The notes beneath the pieces are model-generated. The model was not told the origin of the DNA. It ran no database searches and was given only the letters and a program-made list of their open reading frames with translations. Both the position numbers and the translations under genes were made by a program. From positions 333,004 through 353,003 of the forward strand of contig CT868441.1 of assembly GCA_000165425.1 (NCBI GenBank): 20,000 nucleotides of DNA, given 5' to 3'. Of the stretch, positions 11,924-20,000 are shown piece after piece; the first letter of the stretch is position 1; each line of letters begins with the position of its first letter. The DNA is from Paramecium tetraurelia (taxonomy: Eukaryota).

Positions 11924-13195
11924 ATGGTACATCATAAGATTGTTCTCTTCGCCCTGATTTGTTTAGTTTCAGCAACTACGGTTACAAAGTAAGATATTAA
12001 TGATTTAACTAATAAAGTAATTAAGGTGTTATGGATTCATATGTTAATCCAGGTCTGTAATCTTCAATAGATGAATTAACATAATCAAAGATTGGACATA
12101 TGGTAATTGATTTGGCTGAAGTTACAATGAGAGTTACTGGAGCCGTAGATTCATTAGTAGAAGGAGTCAAAGCCTTTGGTCGTCAAATTGAAGAGAGATT
12201 GAATTTGGAAAATACACAATGGGAAGTTGTTGAAAGTGAACATAATGCTAAAGTTATTTCACTCAGTTCATAAGCTAATTAAGCTGAATTTGATATCAAT
12301 AGAGAAAAGAAAGTATTGAATTCTGAATTGATACCAAGACTTCATGAATTAGATGATGTATAAATATAATTACAAATTATAGATCTTATTAGGACTCAAA
12401 GCCAAATAAACAGATAATACTTAATCATTCAAAGAAGCTGAAGCTGCTAGAAATACCTAACATGAATCATTTGTATTGACTACAACTGAATTTACAGATG
12501 CTTTAAGAAATATTGATGAAGCATTAGATTTATTAACTGATCTATTCAAAAGTGGAGAAGTAAGAGCTGCATTCATTGAAGTATCTGATGAATAGAAACA
12601 CAAAGTCAATAAAGCTTTAAGATAAGTCAAAGCCAATACTGAGAATTTTGGTCATTAATATTCATCATTCATCTAAGCATTGACTAATTTGACTGAAGGA
12701 TTCAACTTCAAAGATAGATAAGTTTTAAAGGAAATGTGTGATTTCTTGAACAGTTTAAGATTGAATATCTTTGATGCTTTGACTAAAGCTTATAAAGATG
12801 AAGATAGTCAAAAATAATAAGATGAATTAAGAAGATAATAATTGACAGCTGAAAAAGCAGTATTTGATCAATAATATGCTGATTTCTATTAAGAAAGAGA
12901 AGATAAAACAGGTATCATATCATCTTATCATACTTTTTAGTTAGAATCTCTGATGTTGAAACCCTGATCTCAACTAGAGAAGCTGATCTTAAAGCTTATT
13001 AAGATAGATTGAGAACTGAAAACAATAATTATTCAGCCAACCTTAAAATTCATGATGATATTGTGGTAAATTTATATATTTATATTCCATTAGTCATCTG
13101 TCCAATAAGAATTAGCAGTCTTAGCTAAAGCATTGTAAGTGGTTCAAACTCCACCATTCTTAGATTTCTTAAATGGAAGAATTGCTAAAGCATGA
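11924..13195 (+). CDS. Trichocyst matrix protein (TMP / Grl family)-like secretory granule precursor, ~386 aa, 4 introns
   Basis: Signal peptide MVHHKIVLFALICLVSA, then acidic heptad-rich helices (ELTQSKIGHMVIDLAEV; ARNTQHESFV..EFTDALRNIDEALDLL; AAFIEV; SSFIQALTNL; ..QELAVLAKALQVV..FLNGRIAKA*). Removing introns 11989-12017, 12358-12382, 12912-12940 and 13066-13093 gives a 1161-nt ORF ending at TGA 13193-13195. Size and layout match ciliate dense-core granule lattice precursors. Confidence 0.75.
11989..12017 (+). other. Intron (29 nt, GTA..AAG)
   Basis: Removal joins the signal-peptide exon in frame to NNQGVMDSYVNPG. Confidence 0.7.
12358..12382 (+). other. Intron (25 nt, GTA..TAG)
   Basis: gtataaatataattacaaattatag; removal restores the frame (ELDD|ILLG). 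Confidence 0.85.
12912..12940 (+). other. Intron (29 nt, GTA..TAG)
   Basis: gtatcatatcatcttatcatactttttag; removal restores the frame (DKT-V-RISD). Confidence 0.85.
13066..13093 (+). other. Intron (28 nt, GTA..TAG)
   Basis: gtaaatttatatatttatattccattag; removal restores the frame (DDIV|SSVQ). Confidence 0.85.
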
Positions 13196-13226
13196 GTTTA
13201 TGCAATAAATCATTATTAATAATTCA

Positions 13227-13340
13227 TCATTATTGGGTTACCTTTGTCTATTCCATCTTTCTGCTTCTTTTTCTCTATAATTCGAGCTTCATTCGAATAT
13301 TAAGATCTTGAATTAAAGCAGTATGTGACTTTTGTTATCG
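13227..13340 (-). pseudogene. Possible 3' remnant of a decayed gene
   Basis: Reads RQQKSHTALIQDLNIRMKLELQRKRSRKMEQTKVTQQ* and ends at TGA 13229-13227, convergent with the TMP-like gene. No start or continuous upstream coding signal. Confidence 0.2.
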
Positions 13341-13930
13341 AATGATAAAAACAGTAGTTATAAAATTATTATTGAAAAGCGATTATATTTGGTAATTAAG
13401 AAATATCAAAGGAGAATGATAATAAAAATACTATTATTTGAAGCATTTTTATTTTAATAATCATTATCCATTTCACCAATACAATTTTCCTCAAACAATA
13501 AAATTAATAATTAATTAAATAACTAAGTCAGAAATTTTTGGATAAAAAACATTATGAACAGAAGATATTCTTGTGATAATTCTTTAATCAAAAGGCAATT
13601 TAAATTTATATGAAAAAATCATTTGTTAAAACAAAATTAAATTTTAAAATATAGTTATGTGGTGAATCCATTTTATCAATAAATTTTGTTAATTTTGTAT
13701 TTCTTTTAAATTTAAGGCACTATGTCTTAAGTAAACTTTTTTACCAACATAGTGAGCATTACTTATTTTAATACAATTGTTTATATTTGGATTTCGAAAT
13801 TATTGCAAGAAAGTCGATAAAGCATGAATAAATATTGGGAGGATCATAAATAAGTTGCATTTCTATTAGGCAGTGCACCTAAATTGTATTTTAAGTTTAA
13901 TTTTAAAAGTGATAAAAATTATAAAATAAT

Positions 13931-14943
13931 TCAGAATTAGTAGTTTTAAGCATAATCCAATTCTTCATCCTGTTCATCAATGTTAAGCTTTAAACCATTT
14001 GATCGACACCATACTCTATATAGATTTTTAAATAGCATAGAAACAGTCAAAGGACCTACTCCTCCTGGGACTGGTGTAATGAAACTGACTTTAGAAAGCG
14101 CCTAGTATAAAGAATATTTAAACTTTTTGGAATTCGATATCGCCAACAATCTTATTGGTTCCTGGAATCCTAGTAATTCCAACATCAATAACTTTTGCTC
14201 CATTTTTGATCCATTCCCCTTTGACCAATTCTTTATGACCTGCACATGAAATCACAATGTCTGCCTAATGAATGATTTAATTGTATATATACTTTTTGTA
14301 CATGTTCTTAGACTGTTGTTTCGGAATGACAGATAGTGACTTTAGCATTTCTTCTCAGAAGCAAAACTGATAATGGGAATCCAACTAACTGACTTCTACC
14401 AATCACAGTAACATTCTGATTTCTCACATCAATTTCCTATGTGTCCAAGATATGAAGCACTGCAGCTGGTGTACATGGTATAATGTCGTTATCCTCCCCA
14501 TTTTATAGAAGATTTTGAAAATTGGCCATGTGTAAACAATCTACATCTTTACTTGGTTTGATTTCGTTGGAAATTTCCAATCTGGATAGATGAGGTGGCA
14601 AAGGAAGCTTTTGATAATTATACGACATACTTGAACAAGGATTCCATCAATGGATCCTTGCTAATTTAAAGTTCTAATTTAATGAACGATCTCTTGCTGA
14701 GTGATGCTCTCTGGAAAATGATGGAGTTCATGATGTACTTCATTTTCTTCACAGAGAGCTATCTTCTTGCGAACATATGTTAAAGATGATGGATTGTTTC
14801 CAACCTAAATAATGGCCAGACCAGGTCTCATTAAAGCAGGGTGTTCCTTAATTTTATTATTGAATACTCAAGGTGTGATAATTTATAAGCTAGGCAATTC
14901 TAGAGATGGTTTCTTTAGCTAATAAGTTTCCATTTAAGATCAT
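13931..14943 (-). CDS. folD: Bifunctional methylenetetrahydrofolate dehydrogenase/cyclohydrolase (FolD type), ~305 aa; 3 canonical introns plus one anomalous 5' interruption
   Basis: Motifs [98 protein letters not shown] and [16 protein letters not shown]. Introns at 14608-14630 (23 nt), 14265-14292 (28 nt) and 14102-14123 (22 nt). Stop TGA at 13933-13931. Exon 1 needs 3n+1 nt removed around 14858-14890. Confidence 0.93.
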
Positions 14944-15162
14944 TTTATTATATAATACTATAAATAATCTAAATAACGAGAGAACATTTAATAATAGCAA
15001 TAATCATATAATAAATTATGATATACTCATGATAAACTTTTATTGGCTTATATATATTTTCTAAACTTAATAGATGCGTAAATAAATTAAATGAATTATC
15101 CTTATCAGCCATATAGGCCATATTAAAGAGTACCCAATACTTCAGTGCATAACCCAAATATT
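14944..15162. promoter_or_regulatory. Divergent intergenic region (putative bidirectional promoter) between folD and the kinase
   Basis: 219-bp AT-rich spacer between head-to-head ATGs at 14943 (-) and 15163 (+). Confidence 0.4.
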
Positions 15163-16418
15163 ATGTCTTATGTCGATTCAGTGCTATCAAAATCTAGAAA
15201 TAATTATGCTTCTGTGTAATTGGACCCATAACCAAAGTATCAAACATATTAGACCAACACAATCAAAAGTAATACAGATTTAAAAATTACAACCAATTCT
15301 CCCTTAATCTTATCGCAAAAATCCATGGTTATTTAGCCTACTCTAAAATCGAAATAAGAATACTAATCTCCGAAAAAAGTGGAATCACTATCCTTTTAAT
15401 CAGAGATCCCTCTTGTAATCCCACTCATTCCCTTGATGGCTAATGTCAGAGAAGAATATTCAAAAGTATAGAATTTATTAAACTGTAAGAAATAAGTTTC
15501 TACGCCTGTTAGTTAAACAAGTTCTCCGATCAAAAAACTAGAAAAACCCAAAGAAAAATATAAGAATTTTGCAATCATCAAAAAATTAGGAGATGGACAA
15601 TATAGCGAAGTCTTTCTTGCAATGCATATACAAACAGGCTTTTTGGTTGCTTTAAAAGTGATTCAAAAATCTTAAATTATTAAAGAGAATATGTAAGCAT
15701 AATTGGCTTGGGAAATAAAAATACAATATCTTCTTGAACATCCTAATATAACCAAATTATACACTTTCTTTTAAACTCGTAAATCATTCTCAGTATTGTA
15801 GCAACTGAAATTGTGCTTGTGTTAGAATATTGTTCACATGGATAATTAACTGCTCTCTAACAAATTCAACCAGTGAAAAAGTTTTAAGAGAGAATAGCAG
15901 CTTAATATATACAACAAATTACACTTGCATTGATGTATATTCACAATCAAGACGTCATTCATCGAGACATCAAACCTGATAATATCCTTCTAAGTTTTGG
16001 ATAAGTGAAATTAGCTGATTTCTCATTTTGTGTGTATTCTCCTGATGAAGAGAGATAAACTCAGTGTGGAACAATCATATATGCTTCTCCTTAAATTTTA
16101 GAAGGAGAAACCTATGATAAGAAAAGTGATATCTGGGGATTGGGTGTGTTAACCTATGAACTATGTTTTGGTAAACCACCTTGGAAAGAGAATTAATAAG
16201 AATTGATGAAAACTGTAATTTTTGTTAGATATGGTAGGCCTGTTTTATGATTCCTTATACGGCATCCAGAGATTTAAAGGATTTCATTGAGAATCTTATG
16301 AAACCGTCTTTCTAGAGATCGATTTACTGCACAACAAGCCTAGAATCATGCTTGGCTTCAAAGAATTGTATTAAATGTACCCAATTATATACAAAACAAT
16401 GAAACTCCACTTTTATGA
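15163..16418 (+). CDS. Ser/Thr protein kinase, Aurora-like, ~402 aa; 2 introns; +1 frameshift at 16304-16305
   Basis: Motifs KKLGDGQYSEVFLA, VALKVI, EIKIQYLLEHPNITKLYTFF, VLEYC, IHRDIKPDNILL, KLADFSF, TQCGTIIYASPQ and SDIWGLGVLTYELCFGKPPW. Introns at 15779-15801 and 16215-16237 (23 nt each). Subdomain XI (RDRFTAQQAQNHAWL) is in frame only after removing one C at 16304-16305, giving a stop at 16416-16418; uncorrected, the stop is at 16400-16402. Confidence 0.88.
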
Positions 16419-17503
16419 ATATATAGTTATTTTAATACTTTTAGAAATATTAGTAATTGTTGTACAAAGAAATTCTTTAGAATTTAAAGTTTGAAAGAAA
16501 GTGAAACATAAATTCAATTGTGTAGAAATACTTAGCACTCATCCCCCCCCCACTCATACATAATTATTAAAATTAATTCTTAATCACAACACCCCTACCA
16601 TAATATATTTGAGATAATGAGATGATTTTCAAATCAGTCAATATTACTCAATAACAACAAATATGATATAATGATTGCTTATCCATAATGATTAATCTTT
16701 GTTTGATATTCAAAGTCCTCTTAGATATACAAATGAGAAGAAGATCCAAAATTTGACCTAATATCTTATGAAATACAAAATATCAAGCTAGCATAGTAGC
16801 ATAAAAGGATTACTGAAATAAAATCGGTAATTGATTGTAATCAGCTAATTAACCTAAAATCCACAAGATTGGAATAGAATTATATTTGATATGCAAATAA
16901 ACAAATTGCGATCTAATTTATCTTCTTTGTTAACACTGATCATTTATCTCATTAATCAAAAGTGTTTATAAGATGTAAAGACACGGTTATGAAAAAAATA
17001 CTTTGTTTTTATCCTTTAAAAAGAGCAGGTTAGTGTTTTAAGATTGGATTAATACATAGGGAGACACTCAGCCAAAATCAATATCCAAAAACTATAATGG
17101 ACTTGAATATATTCATCAAGATAAGGTAGAATGTGCTCATTTTATCTCTTTTTTTTAAAATCAAAATATATACTAGTGATAGGGCATACATCGATCTGTT
17201 TTAATTTTATAAATCATGAATATATTCTTCAATTTTTGTACCACTGAAAAACATGCAACTCCTTCTAAAGTCCAAATAAAATTGCTTTTATTGATAGAAA
17301 AATTTTTGAAATATAATAAATTATGTAAATTGTAAAATAATTTTATTAAAATTTTGAATAATTTATCTATTCAGAAAAATAAAAATTGTTTATGAAAAAT
17401 TTTCTACAAAATTTAATTATTTGGGTTCTTATAATAAATCTTTTAATAGAATTTCAAATTTATTAAAGGGTCCCCCAACGACACCATTTAAGTTAATTAA
17501 TTA

Positions 17504-19248
17504 ATGAATAAATCCATCTGCTCACTTCACGACTAAGAGGAAGAAAAGTACATTTGTGTCCATCCAATTTGTCTCAAAAAGGTCGATAACAAGTTATGTT
17601 GTATTTAGTGCTACCATTCCAACCATAAAAACACCTAATTGATTGATCATGATTTTAAGAACATTTCAGAACTTGAAACAATTGCTAGTTAAAATTACTC
17701 AAAGTTAAAAGAACATCTGGATCACGAAATTTAGCAGAATATATAGTTACGTACAAAGATTGAGGAACGATTATCGAATACTTTACTTTCTCTTACTACT
17801 TGGTAAAATAATTAAAAAAAAATGTTCAATGATATAACTGAAAACTCCACCTAGATCTTAATTCAAAATATAAGAAAGGCTGATACTCTAATGAAAAGCC
17901 AATCAATAGACACATATATTTATTTTTATAAATTAAATCTATTAGAAAATTAAAATTAAATGTAAGCTATAAGGGACCAATCAATGAGATAACTAGAATA
18001 TTAGTTAAACTAAATTGAAATCAAGAGGGATATATTGATAAATTAAATAAATTTCATTTAAAGTGAACATTTTCTAAGTTTTGCTTAAATGAATTACTAA
18101 ATAGAATTAGGTAATTTAAATAACTATTAAATTGAAAAGTGTAAAAAACATTAATGTTAAAAGGAAGTATTATGTATCCATCCTAATTGTTTATAGAAGA
18201 ATCCAATATAATTATAGTGCTTACAATGTATTACACAAGATAGCAAAGAACATCAATCAGAAGATTATATTAAATCTATTGTTATTGTAATGGAAGGATA
18301 GTCATAAAAAAAAGAACTAAATGAAGAATTATAGAAGAATTTTAAGTATGACATTAAAAAATCAGTTGATATTAATTTATTAAAAATTAATGAAGCATAA
18401 TAAAATTACTATCAAAATTATGAAAAATAAAAAGAAAATTTAGTTTTATTGGAATAATAATAGTTAAGTCAATTTTTAAATCCTGATTTTCCTAAAGATT
18501 TTTTTGATCATCTTGATTAGAAACCTTTTACAATAACTAAAGAATAAATTAATTTACATTATTAGTTGCTTCATCAAGATTACTAAAATAAATTTTAAGG
18601 TATTTTTTCAAATTAAGTCAATGATGAATTATAATTTTTAACTGAGTTAGACTTCAATTCAAAAAAATTTCACTAGAATATTATTAATTAACAAAAAGAA
18701 CTTGAACTATGTTAACTAAAATTTGAAGAACTTTAAAGGACGATTCAATCTCATGCATTTAATAACAAAATTGAATAATAATTTAGCACACTGAACAATT
18801 CAATTAGCAGTTTTCATTAAAAATTGGAGGATAATTTTACAAATTTGTAATCCAAGCATAATAAAATTCAGAAGAATAATAAAATTCAATTTAAAATTTG
18901 AATTCACTTGTTGCTGAAACTAAGAATGATTTGTAAAAATTTAATCAAGCTTATTCAGACTCATAAATATTATCAAATAAACTTTTATATAAACTTGAAG
19001 AATAAATTGGAGATTTTTCCTCTCTTTAGAATTAAAGCCTTAAAAATAATTAAATTAAATGTTAACAATAAGATTTTCAAAAAGCAAACAATGTTTAATA
19101 ATCTCCAATTCTAAATGAACTAGCTAATGTAGAAAAAGAAATGGATGATTGCGCAAATTTTTTTTTTAGTTTATTATTAATAATAGTTATCGCTGTAATA
19201 TTTTTGACTTCGATTTAGAGAGATATAAATAATAATAATAAAGATTGA
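17504..19248 (+). CDS. Uncharacterised protein with two B-box-like Zn-binding motifs, coiled coils and a C-terminal hydrophobic anchor (~580 aa if a -1 lesion at 18775-18898 is corrected; 465 aa otherwise)
   Basis: ATG 17504 is open to TGA 18899-18901. Motifs CSLH-x8-CVHPIC-x8-CCIQC-x4-H (17519-17626) and CKKH-x7-CIHPNC-x9-CLQC-x7-H (18140-18253), each followed by Q/E/K/L-rich helices. A second frame, open from 18775 to 19248, continues the coiled coil and ends FFFSLLLIIVIAVIFLTSIQRDINNNNKD*. Confidence 0.7.
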
Positions 19249-19911
19249 TTATTAATATAAATAAATTAAAATAGCCCTTTCTATTTTTTATCAAAATTAA
19301 TAATTAGGATGCCTAGAATGTCAGTAAGTCTTGCAAAAGCCGAATTGGTGAATGAACTTTGGATCAAGTAGGTTTCTTGCTTAGAGGACTTGAACTTGAA
19401 CTCGAATTAATTGCTATTAGAAATATTAGTAAATCAGTTGTTGGCCTAAATCACTGGAAGGTCAACAATGGTGTTCATTTTTATATCTGAAGCAAATCGA
19501 GCTCTAAAAGTGAATTTTAAATTAGTTGATGAAGAATCTTTTGATTTAAGATGAATTGCAAACTACTTTTTTTTTTATCGACTAATATGTTATTTTACTC
19601 GATTAATTTAACGAATAATGTGAAATAATCCACCAAAATTCTAAAATTTTAATTCAAAGTAAAGTCAATCTATATTATAACTTTGTTATTCAATTAAAAT
19701 AAAGAATTCTACAAATATTAATAGCTTTAGGAAAAAATATTTAGGCAACTACCAAGTATCAAACTATAAATTATAATGAAAGGAAGAAGGCTTACAAGAG
19801 AAAATAAATTTCTTATACAATTTCAAAAAGATATATTGTTTAAAAAGAATCTTAATTTAATTGATAATATTATTATTATTATTTCCTGTTAAGGAACAAC
19901 ACATATTATAC

Positions 19912-20000
19912 TCATTTACTCTCTTACACTGTTAACTCCTTGATTTCTTTTTCTATTCTTCCTCGAAACTATTTCTAGACATTGATTCCCTTTAACATTT
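19912..20000 (-). CDS. Possible 3' end of a gene entering from the right edge
   Basis: The purine-rich minus strand reads ..MLKGINVQKQFRGRIEKEIKELTVQESK* with TGA at 19914-19912. Other frames are also open, so the frame is uncertain. Confidence 0.25.

Noticed and set aside
11989..14630. AAG-ending introns (11989-12017, 14608-14630) as a novel splice class
   Set aside because: They are still GT..AG with normal Paramecium length; AAG is only a less common acceptor than TAG.
14969..15157. 62-aa minus-strand ORF upstream of folD
   Set aside because: Non-ATG start, AT-rich low-information sequence, and it lies in the short divergent spacer; folD has its own conserved N-terminus at 14943.
16543..16600. 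Telomeric repeat or chromosome-breakage site
   Set aside because: Only isolated C runs; no tandem C4A2/C3A3 repeats.
18908..19114. 68-aa plus-strand ORF
   Set aside because: It begins after the TGA at 18899-18901 with a non-ATG start; the overlapping alternative frame gives the coherent coiled-coil and TM sequence.

Overview
AT-rich ciliate nuclear DNA, most likely Paramecium macronuclear sequence. The evidence is that long genes are open only when TAA/TAG are read as Gln and TGA is the sole stop (translation table 6), and that introns are tiny (22-29 nt GT..AG). The supplied standard-code ORF track therefore shows fragments or shadow ORFs. Five genes are supported. (1) A giant (>3,800 aa) Cys-periodic surface-antigen-like gene on the minus strand, starting at 11546 and running off the left edge, with a central array of about 50 short 4-Cys repeats. 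(2) A trichocyst-matrix-protein-like gene, 11924-13195 (+). (3) A FolD-type methylene-THF dehydrogenase/cyclohydrolase, 14943-13931 (-). (4) A divergent Aurora-like kinase, 15163-16418 (+). (5) A protein with two B-box-like Zn-finger/coiled-coil modules and a C-terminal membrane anchor, 17504-19248 (+). Four of the five genes carry one frame-disrupting lesion each; assembly error is the most economical explanation, while pseudogenisation, recoding or a retained IES are testable alternatives. I cannot support a wholly new multi-gene system from this sequence. The most original signals are the architecture of the giant surface protein and the paired loss and gain of cysteines in its repeats.
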